From Deltaproteobacteria bacterium (GTDB lineage Bacteria > Desulfobacterota > Binatia > UBA1149 > CAYXZP01): a stretch of 64,000 nt of DNA. The stretch spans positions 670 to 64,669 of the forward strand of contig JAYGCL010000074.1 in assembly GCA_046583365.1 (NCBI GenBank), given 5' to 3'. Shown here one piece after another: positions 25,138-33,472 of the stretch. Under the pieces are notes generated by a model. That model made no database searches and was not told the origin of the DNA. It worked only from the letters and a program-made list of their open reading frames with translations. The position numbers and the translations under genes are program-made. Positions within the stretch are counted from its first letter, which is position 1; each line of letters begins with the position of its first letter.

Positions 25138-28083
25138 ATGCGCATATCCAAATCGGTGATTTTTACGGTCGGCGCTCTTGCAGCGGTCGTCTTGCTGTCG
25201 GCTGCTCCCGCTTCGGCTGCGGTGACTTCGGCTGCGATGACCAAACTCGAGGCCAAGTGTGCCGGCAAGGTGGCCAAGGGGGCGGCCAAGGTCAGCAACA
25301 CGGTTATCAAGGAGACCATGAAGTGCCGGGACCGGGACATTTCCGGCAAGACCGTGGGGGTCTGCCCCAGTTCTGCCAGTAACGCGAAGGTCGCCAAGGC
25401 CAACGCCAAGCTTGCCAAAATCGCGCGCAAGACCTGTGGGAGTACCTGCAAGTTGACCACCGACCTCTTCTGCTTGGTCAACGCCCATTGCCCACCTCTG
25501 GGGGCGACCGACGAACGCTGTTCGGGAGATACCGGTCTCAAGGTTTTCGACATGAACCGTGTCGGTTTTCCAGGGGCCTTTTGTGACGGAGTCCTGGGCC
25601 ATGAAATCCTCAGTGCCGACGATATCGCCGAATGTGCAGGGTTGGTGGTGACCGGTGCCGCCAACAACCTGGTCACCGCCGTATACGGTGGTACGACCAA
25701 TGCGTCGTCTCTTTCCAAGGGGGCCCAGAAGTGTCTCAGCGGCATAGGCAAGTCGGCCAACAAACTGGTCCAGACTATTTTGAAGGGAACCGTGAAATGT
25801 CGTGGGGCCATTACTAAGGGCAAGATATTCGGCGACCCCGTGACCTGCGCCCTGGCAGACCCCAAGATTGCCGGCAAGATAGCCAAGATTCAGGCCAAGC
25901 TAAGTACAACGTTTTCGTCCAAGTGCAGCGATGAGACCGTGGCCGTCCTCGACCTTTGCGGCAACGGGGTTGGTGGTACCGCCGACGTGGTGGCGGCCGA
26001 AGCTTGTATCCTGGACGCGGCCAGAGAAATTGCCGACGGTCAGGAATTGGCGACGGCCCGAAACTACTCCTCCAAGTCAATCATTGAAGGGGCCTTCCCT
26101 CCGGCTCCCTCTTGCGGTGACGGCATTGTAAACCAACTTGCCGGCTTTTACCTGCGCCTAGGGGAGGAGTGCGACGGTGACGATGATAGCGCGTGTCCGG
26201 GGCTCTGCTTTCCGCCCGGAGACTTGTTCGAGTGCACCTGTGCAAACGTTGCGCGTATTCTCGTAATCAACGACGGCCCGGGCAGTGATAACGACACCGG
26301 TTGGACAGGGCTTGCCCACAACCAACCTATACCCGACCAGGGGGGTTACATCCAGGCTGTAAGCGGCTGCGACTGTGACGACTTTGATGGCTTGAACTGT
26401 GTAGGCAACAGTACCGACAGTGTATGCGACCTTGACGGCTATCAGACGCCGGTTTGTTCCGGGGATCCCCACAGCCAGACGAGCTGTGATCAGCACGGGG
26501 ACAATAACGGCAGAGACACTGACAGCGATTGTTACGTCTGTGACCAGTACAACACCAATGTCGGCGACTCGTGCACGAATTCCAGCGGCTGTCAGGCCCA
26601 GTGCCACGACACGGACTTAAACCCCACCGGCCAGCTCTGTGACCGCCAGAGCGATTGCGATGCCGGCAGTTTCTGCCGTGGACGCTGCGATGACTCCCGG
26701 CGCTGCCTGAAATCCTATAACGGTGGCCCCTTGCCGGTTTCAACCGCCAGTTCAGCGGCGTGTGCGACGCAGGTATTTCGCACCAACACTACCGGAACCG
26801 TCAACATCCAGACCGGTGCAAGTGAAGAGTGGTACGGACTTTTTGCCGGAATCTTTCTTGGCGTCGGTTCCACCTATCCCTGCCCGATCTGCGGCGGTTT
26901 CTGCGATGGCGGTAGCCGCCCCGGTGACACTTGCGAGGGGACCTGCGAGAATAGTGGTGCGTTTTGCCGCTTCGACAGCGATTGTAGTGACGGTGAGGCG
27001 TGCGATGGAGACACTCCGCTCTGTCCCGATGGTGGCACCTGCGTTCTCGAGAACATCTGCCGTTGGGGCCCCAACGAGGGCGAGACCTGTAAGATCGACT
27101 ACCGCCACGCCCAATTCGGGACCATGTCCAACCATTGTCCGCCCGATAAAGGCAAAAATATCTCCGGCGATGGCCTGAGGGCGGAGAATGTGCCCCTGAC
27201 TACTACCGACCGCACCTTTGTGGCTGAACTGCCGTGTTCGTCGCCCGGTTACGAGTTGTTCAGTTGCCACTGTCCAGACGACGGTGGGGCGCTGACAAAG
27301 CCCAACTCCTGCTCCCCGGCTTGCACGGCCGGAGCCGAGGCCGGCCAGGGCTGTGCCGATTCCAACTCAACCACCGGTGGCGGGGACTTTACGGCTTGTG
27401 CCGGTGGTGCCAACGTGGGCAAGGCCTGCGATGAAGACGGCGACTGCCCCGGCAGCTCCTGTTCGGTCAATCCATTGCACTGTAGTGGTGATGCTGCCTA
27501 CGAACATATGCCGTGTTCGGGAGACGGTGACTGTGGCAGTGGCAGTTGTGTGGACGCCTGTCCGCAAGGCCGCTGCGTGCCCCTTTGTGTGGCCAAGGAT
27601 GGCGCTCCATACGAAGGCGTCTGTGCTGCCGGCCCCCCGGTCTTTCACTGCGAGTCGGGCAAGTACACTGGGCGCAACTGCCCGCCCTCGGCTGCGTATT
27701 CCGACTGTCAGGCCACCTGTAGCGGTTCGGGGGTATTGTGTACTGGTGACGAGCAGTGTCCGGCCGGCCAGACCTGTGCGGGCCCCTGCGATACCCACAG
27801 GGAATGTGGTGCCGGCCTCGACGGTATTCTCGGCAACTGGGATGACCTCTTTGGTGCCGGCGCCTGTATTGCCGACGAACGCAGTTGCTTCTCCGCTCAG
27901 ATTCCCGGAACGGGCGGGACTACTTTGAATGGTAAGGGTGATGCCACCAACGTGTTCCAGAACAACCTGACCTGTTACACCTCGACCAACAATGCGCCCA
28001 CCAACAATGTTACGGGCCTGGGTGGGCCGGCCAGGAATCACAAGCACGCGACGCGTATCCCCAATTTCACGTCTTTACCCTAG
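25138..28083 (+). CDS. Large secreted cysteine-rich repeat protein (about 981 aa) with Myxococcus-type cysteine-rich repeats (TIGR02232/DUF4215-like)
   Basis: Signal peptide MRISKSVIFTVGALAAVVLLSAAPASA with GGGGAGG RBS. N-terminal Lys-rich repeats (AKCAGKVAKGAAKVSNTVIKETMKC; AQKCLSGIGKSANKLVQTILKGTVKC). Then CGDGIVNQLAGFYLRLGEECDGDDDSACPGLC repeats and about 100 Cys in C-x-C spacings. A paralog lies at 1..892. Confidence 0.8.
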   Translation: MRISKSVIFTVGALAAVVLLSAAPASAAVTSAAMTKLEAKCAGKVAKGAAKVSNTVIKETMKCRDRDISGKTVGVCPSSASNAKVAKANAKLAKIARKTCGSTCKLTTDLFCLVNAHCPPLGATDERCSGDTGLKVFDMNRVGFPGAFCDGVLGHEILSADDIAECAGLVVTGAANNLVTAVYGGTTNASSLSKGAQKCLSGIGKSANKLVQTILKGTVKCRGAITKGKIFGDPVTCALADPKIAGKIAKIQAKLSTTFSSKCSDETVAVLDLCGNGVGGTADVVAAEACILDAAREIADGQELATARNYSSKSIIEGAFPPAPSCGDGIVNQLAGFYLRLGEECDGDDDSACPGLCFPPGDLFECTCANVARILVINDGPGSDNDTGWTGLAHNQPIPDQGGYIQAVSGCDCDDFDGLNCVGNSTDSVCDLDGYQTPVCSGDPHSQTSCDQHGDNNGRDTDSDCYVCDQYNTNVGDSCTNSSGCQAQCHDTDLNPTGQLCDRQSDCDAGSFCRGRCDDSRRCLKSYNGGPLPVSTASSAACATQVFRTNTTGTVNIQTGASEEWYGLFAGIFLGVGSTYPCPICGGFCDGGSRPGDTCEGTCENSGAFCRFDSDCSDGEACDGDTPLCPDGGTCVLENICRWGPNEGETCKIDYRHAQFGTMSNHCPPDKGKNISGDGLRAENVPLTTTDRTFVAELPCSSPGYELFSCHCPDDGGALTKPNSCSPACTAGAEAGQGCADSNSTTGGGDFTACAGGANVGKACDEDGDCPGSSCSVNPLHCSGDAAYEHMPCSGDGDCGSGSCVDACPQGRCVPLCVAKDGAPYEGVCAAGPPVFHCESGKYTGRNCPPSAAYSDCQATCSGSGVLCTGDEQCPAGQTCAGPCDTHRECGAGLDGILGNWDDLFGAGACIADERSCFSAQIPGTGGTTLNGKGDATNVFQNNLTCYTSTNNAPTNNVTGLGGPARNHKHATRIPNFTSLP

Positions 28084-28107
28084 ACGTTGGTTGGCGCGCC
28101 GCTCCTG

Positions 28108-28145
28108 AAAAAAGGGGCCGTCCTTTTGGGCGGTCCCTTTTCTTT
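28108..28145. terminator. Bidirectional rho-independent terminator between the convergent Cys-rich protein gene and the CDF gene
   Basis: AAAAAA-GGGGCCG-(10 nt loop)-CGGTCCC-TTTTCTTT: a 7-bp GC stem (one G:U) flanked by A and T tracts on both sides. Confidence 0.6.
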
Positions 28146-29071
28146 CAGGGGCAAACATCGCTTTCTTCAAAGCCGCTTGCTTCTATCTGTATGGTGATGT
28201 GGCCGATGCCGAAATCACCAAGGACGAGTGCGCGGATGCGGGCGAGCAGGTCTTGCTGACGGCTACCGTCGGCAATCACGACGTGCCCCGACAGTGCCTC
28301 CATGCCGCTGGAGATGGTCCAGATGTGCAGGTCGTGAACCTCAAGGACTCCGTCCAGGGCCGCTATAGAATCCCTGACCCCATCCACGTCTATGTGGCCA
28401 GGGGCTCCTTCCATTAACACGGCGACCACTTCTTTCAGCAACGCCCAGGATGAGTAGATCACCAGGATAGAGATAAGGAAGGAGGCGGCCACATCGGCCT
28501 GATTCCAGCCCAGCTTCCAGATCAGCAATCCGGCGACAATGGCACCCACGCTGCCCAGGGCGTCGCTTACCAGATGGAGCCAGGCTCCGCGCAGGTTGAG
28601 GCTTTCACCCTTGCCGGAATTCAGGAGGAAAAGGCCGACGATGTTTACGGCAAGTCCTCCACAGGCCACTACCAACATGGGTCCCCCGAGTACGGGCACG
28701 GGGGCGGACAGCCGCGAGTAGGCTTCAAGGAGAATGTAGGCGGCGATGGCCACAAGGGCGGCGCCGTTTACCAGGGCGGCGAGGATCTCGATACGGTAGT
28801 ACCCGTAAGTGCGGCTTGGTGTCGGTGGCCGTTTAGCGACCCACACCGCAAATAGTGATAGGGCCAGGGCGGCCACATCGGTAAGCATGTGGCCGGCGTC
28901 GGCCAGCAGGGCCAAGGAACCGGTGAGCAGGGAACCGACGACCTCGGCGACCATGTAAACCGCCTGCATGGCCAGTACTGTGGCCAGGCGCCGCGTGCTG
29001 CGGGCCGTCGGGCTGCTGTGGCCAGGGTGCGAAGGGTGGGGGTGGTGGGAATGTTCGTGGGGGGTCGTCAT
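28145..29071 (-). CDS. Cation diffusion facilitator (CzcD/ZitB-type) transporter
   Basis: His-rich N-terminus, six TM helices, HMLTDVAAL and HLVSDALGSV motifs, and a C-terminal cytoplasmic domain. Confidence 0.85.
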   Translation of the reverse strand: MTTPHEHSHHPHPSHPGHSSPTARSTRRLATVLAMQAVYMVAEVVGSLLTGSLALLADAGHMLTDVAALALSLFAVWVAKRPPTPSRTYGYYRIEILAALVNGAALVAIAAYILLEAYSRLSAPVPVLGGPMLVVACGGLAVNIVGLFLLNSGKGESLNLRGAWLHLVSDALGSVGAIVAGLLIWKLGWNQADVAASFLISILVIYSSWALLKEVVAVLMEGAPGHIDVDGVRDSIAALDGVLEVHDLHIWTISSGMEALSGHVVIADGSRQQDLLARIRALVLGDFGIGHITIQIEASGFEESDVCP

Positions 29072-29172
29072 TAGGGTCTGCCATCCGAGCCTTGGATTCT
29101 AGCAGCCCGGAGGGTTCAGACACCAGCATCGGCGGTTGCCGGATGAGAGTTGCGCAGGTATGGCTTAGGACT

Positions 29173-30243
29173 ATGACTACCGCTGTCCCCGGCCCTGAAC
29201 TGCACAGGTCTTATCACCAACTCAGGGTTGCCCGTGTCATTGAGGAAACCGCCGATGCCGTCTCCATCGTTCTGGGTATTCCCGCCGACCTTGAGGGGGT
29301 GTTTCAATATCAATCGGGACAATTCCTTACTTTCAAGATTCCGTACGAGGATAAGGTGTTGGTCCGGTGCTATTCACTTTCCAGTGCACCCGGGTGTGAT
29401 GCCGAACATCAGGTTACGATAAAGCGGATCGCCGACGGACGCATTTCCAACTGGGTCAACGACACGGTGTGTGCGGGTTCAACCTTGATGGTGCTTCCCC
29501 CGGCCGGGCTTTTTACTCTGGCCGACAGTGACCGCGACCTGGTTTTTTTCAGCGCGGGTAGTGGCATAACGCCGGTATTTTCGCTTATGAAGTCGGCCCT
29601 GGCCGCCTCCCAACGCACCGTCCGGCTGGTCTATGCCAACCGCGATGAGGGATCGATTATCTTCAAGGATGAGATCGAGTGTCTGTCGGTGGCCTACGGG
29701 CAAAGGCTTTCGGTTGTTCACCGCCTTGACGATGTAGATGGTTTTATGGACGTGGCGGCAGCGAGAGAAATAGTCGCCGCCGGGCGCGATGCCGAGTTCT
29801 ATATGTGCGGACCTGGTCCCTTCATGGATGTGGTCAAGCAGGCGTTGACTGCAGAGCACATTGCAGAGCAGTGTTGTCACGTCGAGTGTTTCGAGTCTCC
29901 TCCCGACGAACCGTACGAGGAAATGCACGACAGGGCGGTACTCGAGGCCCAGGCGGCCGGCGATATTCCGGAACTGATAACGGTAAATCTCGACGGCAGT
30001 ACTCAGCAGGTGGCCTACACGGCCGGTGAAACCGTGCTGGGCGCCATCCGGCGTGCGGGGGTCGAGCCGCCGTTTTCCTGTACCGACGGCTATTGTGGTT
30101 GCTGTATGGCCAAGCTTGAGGACGGCGAGGTCAAGATGGCCAATAATGATTTTTTGTCGGACGAAGATGTGGCCGCAGGCTGGATTCTTACCTGCCAGTC
30201 TTGTCCCATCACCGCCAGCTGTGAAGTAACCTATCCGGACTGA
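29173..30243 (+). CDS. PaaE-like ferredoxin-NAD(P) reductase (FNR-like FAD/NAD domain plus C-terminal plant-type [2Fe-2S])
   Basis: RCYSLSS (RxYS FAD motif), GSGITP NAD motif, and C-terminal CTDGYCGCCMAKL...LTCQS. Start chosen at MTTAVPGPEL (ORF-track start 29092); uncertain. Confidence 0.75.
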   Translation: MTTAVPGPELHRSYHQLRVARVIEETADAVSIVLGIPADLEGVFQYQSGQFLTFKIPYEDKVLVRCYSLSSAPGCDAEHQVTIKRIADGRISNWVNDTVCAGSTLMVLPPAGLFTLADSDRDLVFFSAGSGITPVFSLMKSALAASQRTVRLVYANRDEGSIIFKDEIECLSVAYGQRLSVVHRLDDVDGFMDVAAAREIVAAGRDAEFYMCGPGPFMDVVKQALTAEHIAEQCCHVECFESPPDEPYEEMHDRAVLEAQAAGDIPELITVNLDGSTQQVAYTAGETVLGAIRRAGVEPPFSCTDGYCGCCMAKLEDGEVKMANNDFLSDEDVAAGWILTCQSCPITASCEVTYPD

Positions 30244-30258
30244 GGAGGAATAGCAGGG

Positions 30259-31407
30259 TTGGGACCGTTGAAGGGAATTAGAATAGTCGAGATCGCCGGC
30301 ATAGGGCCGGTGCCTTATGCCGGCATGTTGCTCGCGGACCTGGGGGCCGAGGTCATTCGTATTGACCGTGTGGTTGCCGGGGCTTTGGGGAGTTGGCCCG
30401 AGCCGCGCTTCGATGTGCTTGGACGGGGCCGCCGCAGCGTTGCGTTGAACCTCAAGGACCCCGGTGGTCTTGATGCGGCACTGAGAATAATAGACCGAGC
30501 GGATGCTCTCATAGAAGGGTTCCGTCCTGGCGTGGCCGAGAGGCTGGGCTTGGGTCCCGAGGTCTGCAGGCAGCGCAACCCGCGCCTGGTGTATGGGCGT
30601 ATGACGGGCTGGGGCCAGGAGGGCCCGCTGGCCCAGGCCGCCGGCCACGACATCAACTACATTGCCCTGACCGGGGCTTTGCACGCCATTGGTGGCCGTG
30701 AGGGAGGTCCGGTTGTGCCGTTGAATCTGGTCGGTGATTTCGGCGGGGGTTCCCTGTTTCTGGTCCTCGGCGTGGTGAGCGCCCTGTTGGAAGCAGCGCG
30801 TTCGGGCAAGGGACAGGTGATAGATGCGGCGATGGTGGATGGGGCATCCTCATTGATGTCTGTTTTTTACGCGACCATGGCGGTGGGATTCTGGCAAGAG
30901 GAGCGGGGTTCCAACATGCTCGACGGTGGCGCCCACTTCTACAGCGTCTACGAAACCAAAGACGGCAAATACGTATCGGTGGGTCCGGTGGAACCCCAGT
31001 TCTATGCCCAACTGCTCGAGCGTATCGGATTGCAGGCCGACGATCTTCCTTTCCAACTCGACCAGTCCCAGTGGCCGGCGATGCGGCAAAGGTTGTCTGA
31101 GATCTTTCTCACCAGAACCCGGGACCAGTGGTGTGAGCTTCTCGAAGGTAGCGACGTGTGTTTCGCCCCCGTGCTGTCCCTTGGTGAGGTGTCCGACCAT
31201 CCTCATATGAAGGCACGCTCCAGCGTTGTTGAGATCGATGGCGTTGCTCAGCCGGCTCCGGCTCCCCGTTTCAGCCGTACCAAGGCCGAGGTGGTCTGTC
31301 CTCCCAGGGCTGCGGGTGCCGACACGGACTCCCTGCTGGCCGAGGCCGGGCTCTCTGCAGATGAGATTGCCGGACTGAGGGCCCGGGGCATAGCCGCCGG
31401 TGACTGA
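30259..31407 (+). CDS. CoA-transferase family III (CaiB/BaiF/MCR-like) protein
   Basis: [35 protein letters not shown]-terminal signature. TTG start 9 nt after a GAGGAGG RBS. Confidence 0.8.
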   Translation: MGPLKGIRIVEIAGIGPVPYAGMLLADLGAEVIRIDRVVAGALGSWPEPRFDVLGRGRRSVALNLKDPGGLDAALRIIDRADALIEGFRPGVAERLGLGPEVCRQRNPRLVYGRMTGWGQEGPLAQAAGHDINYIALTGALHAIGGREGGPVVPLNLVGDFGGGSLFLVLGVVSALLEAARSGKGQVIDAAMVDGASSLMSVFYATMAVGFWQEERGSNMLDGGAHFYSVYETKDGKYVSVGPVEPQFYAQLLERIGLQADDLPFQLDQSQWPAMRQRLSEIFLTRTRDQWCELLEGSDVCFAPVLSLGEVSDHPHMKARSSVVEIDGVAQPAPAPRFSRTKAEVVCPPRAAGADTDSLLAEAGLSADEIAGLRARGIAAGD

Positions 31408-31424
31408 TCTTCGCGGGCCTGGTC

Positions 31425-32387
31425 CTAGCCGGTCCTGGCTGGAAGGTCGCGCAGTTGTTTGGGCAGGGCGAAGGCCACCTTCTCTTCTGCGGTCTTGAGT
31501 TCGCTGACGCTTTGGCAGCCCAGGCTTTTCAGGTGCTCGATGGTGTCCTCGACCAGTTCTTCCGGGGTGGAGGCACCGGCGCTGAGTCCGACGGCGGAGA
31601 CGCCTCGGAGCCAATCGGCTTGAATGTCGGCGGCGCTTTCAATCAGCCGAGACTCCACCCCTGCATTGCGGGCCACCTCGACCAGACGGTTGGCGTTGCT
31701 CGAAGTGGGGGAGCCCAGGATCAGGACCAGCTCGTTGTCGCGGGCCAGAGCCTTGACGGCCTCCTGGCGGTTTTGAGTGGCGTAACAGATGTCGTCTTTG
31801 CCGGGGGTAAGGACGTCGGGAAAACGCAGACGGATCGCTTTGATGATATCGTGCGTGTCATCCACCGACAGTGTGGTCTGGGTGACTACGGCCACGTGCG
31901 AAGGGTCCCTGACCTGTACCCTGGCCACATCGGCCACGGTCTCCACCAGTTGCATGGCCTCGGGAGCATGGCCGATGGTGCCCTCGACCTCCACGTGTCC
32001 GCGGTGGCCGATGAGCAGGATCTCGTATCCCTTATCGGCAAAACGCATGGCCTCCAGATGAACCTTGGTGACCAGGGGGCAGGTGGCATCGACCACACGG
32101 AGGTTGCGGCTTGCGGCCTCAGCCTTCACGGCCGGCGATACTCCGTGGGCACTGAAGATCAGCAGGCTGCCTTCGGGCACATCTGAAAGGTCGTCTACAA
32201 AGCGGGCTCCGCGCTTGCGCAAGCCCTCTACTACGTGACGGTTGTGGACAATCTCGTGGCGTACGTAAACGGGGGGACCGTAGTGGTCGAGAACCAGGTT
32301 GACGATGTCGATGGCGTAGGACACACCCGCGCAAAAGCCGCGGGGGCTGGCGATCTGTACAGTGTTGGTTGCCAAATCCTCGTCCAT
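31425..32387 (-). CDS. ispH: 4-hydroxy-3-methylbut-2-enyl diphosphate reductase
   Basis: SPRGFCAGV...SAHGVSP...ATCPLVTKVH...IGHRGHVEVEG are conserved LytB/IspH blocks. Confidence 0.9.
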   Translation of the reverse strand: MDEDLATNTVQIASPRGFCAGVSYAIDIVNLVLDHYGPPVYVRHEIVHNRHVVEGLRKRGARFVDDLSDVPEGSLLIFSAHGVSPAVKAEAASRNLRVVDATCPLVTKVHLEAMRFADKGYEILLIGHRGHVEVEGTIGHAPEAMQLVETVADVARVQVRDPSHVAVVTQTTLSVDDTHDIIKAIRLRFPDVLTPGKDDICYATQNRQEAVKALARDNELVLILGSPTSSNANRLVEVARNAGVESRLIESAADIQADWLRGVSAVGLSAGASTPEELVEDTIEHLKSLGCQSVSELKTAEEKVAFALPKQLRDLPARTG

Positions 32388-32399
32388 ACCGGTTGTCGT

Positions 32400-33362
32400 T
32401 CAGTGGGGAGCGAGGTTGGTCAGGATAGCCGTGGCCTGGCTTACCACACGCTCTACGATCTCGGCGCAGGTGGGTATGTCGTTGATGCCTCCGGCGCCCT
32501 GCCCACAAGGCATGCAGTCGAGGTCGGGGTCGAGTTCGATAAGCTCGGGCTGGGCCATTTTCATTGCGTTGTCTCTGAATGTGCTCACGAACTGGGCGGG
32601 GAAAGGCTGAATCTCGTCCGCCCTCTGCTCCCAGGACTGGGCATAGGGGTTGTCGATCACCCGCATGGGTTTGCCCGAGTAGCAACGAGTAATGCGGGTG
32701 TCCTCGTCGTCGATTTCTTTGATGCGGTGTTTGTAGACATCATCGGCATGGGCTTCCTGGGAGGCGATAAAACGGGTGCCCATCCATACCCCCTGGGCTC
32801 CCAGCGAAAGCGCGGCGGCCAGGCCACGGCCATCATAGAGCCCTCCGGCCGCTAGGACGGGGGCGCTCACGGCGTCAACGATTTGCGGGACCAGGGCCAT
32901 GCCGCCGATTTTTCCAGTGTGGCCGCCGGCCTCGGTACCCTGGGCCACCAGAACGTCGACGCCGGCTTCTTCGGCGCGCCGGGCGTGTTTGACCTTGCCG
33001 CAGAGGTTGAAGACCTTGAGGCCTGCCTCGTGGCACATTTCGATGACCGGGCCGGGAACGCCCAGGCCGGCTACGAAGGCAGCCACGCCCTCTTCGCAGA
33101 TGACCTTGGCTTGGGCGGGAACCTGGTCTGGAAGTGCGGTAAGGACGTCGACACCGAAAGGTTTGTCGGTGAGCCGCCGGACCTCCTGGATTTGTTCGCG
33201 GATCCAGTCCGGGTCCATGCCGGCCGCTCCTATGCAGCCAAAGCCCCCGGCTTCGGACACCGCCGCGCAGACCTCGGCGTAGGCCACTCCGCCCATGCCG
33301 GCCAGGAATACCGGGTGCTCAATACCCAGGGTTTCGCACAGTGGGGTTGTCAGTGTGTCCAT
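32400..33362 (-). CDS. Nitronate monooxygenase / NAD(P)H-dependent flavin oxidoreductase (NMO family)
   Basis: HPVFLAGMGGVAYAEV...GGFGCIG is the NMO/2-nitropropane dioxygenase pattern. Confidence 0.8.
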   Translation of the reverse strand: MDTLTTPLCETLGIEHPVFLAGMGGVAYAEVCAAVSEAGGFGCIGAAGMDPDWIREQIQEVRRLTDKPFGVDVLTALPDQVPAQAKVICEEGVAAFVAGLGVPGPVIEMCHEAGLKVFNLCGKVKHARRAEEAGVDVLVAQGTEAGGHTGKIGGMALVPQIVDAVSAPVLAAGGLYDGRGLAAALSLGAQGVWMGTRFIASQEAHADDVYKHRIKEIDDEDTRITRCYSGKPMRVIDNPYAQSWEQRADEIQPFPAQFVSTFRDNAMKMAQPELIELDPDLDCMPCGQGAGGINDIPTCAEIVERVVSQATAILTNLAPH

Positions 33363-33472
33363 CGTATCAGTCTCCTTTCCCGAATGTAGCGGTCCGGCGG
33401 TCGTCGGTCCAACAGGTGGGGAAGGGGCTGTGGTGGTCGACAGGTGTGTGGCTCCCGGCTAAGAGAGCCGGC

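Noticed and set aside
29479-30684. 401-aa minus-strand ORF, and similar long antisense ORFs (31455..32186, 33716..34435, 39122..39973, 43607..44734, 45630..46358, 48187..48813, 51485..52648, 53218..54000, 59308..60252, 61056..62189, 62318..63043)
   Set aside because: These are antisense to strongly supported genes. They have Arg/Gly/Pro-rich composition typical of open antisense frames in high-GC DNA, no motifs, and no plausible RBS.
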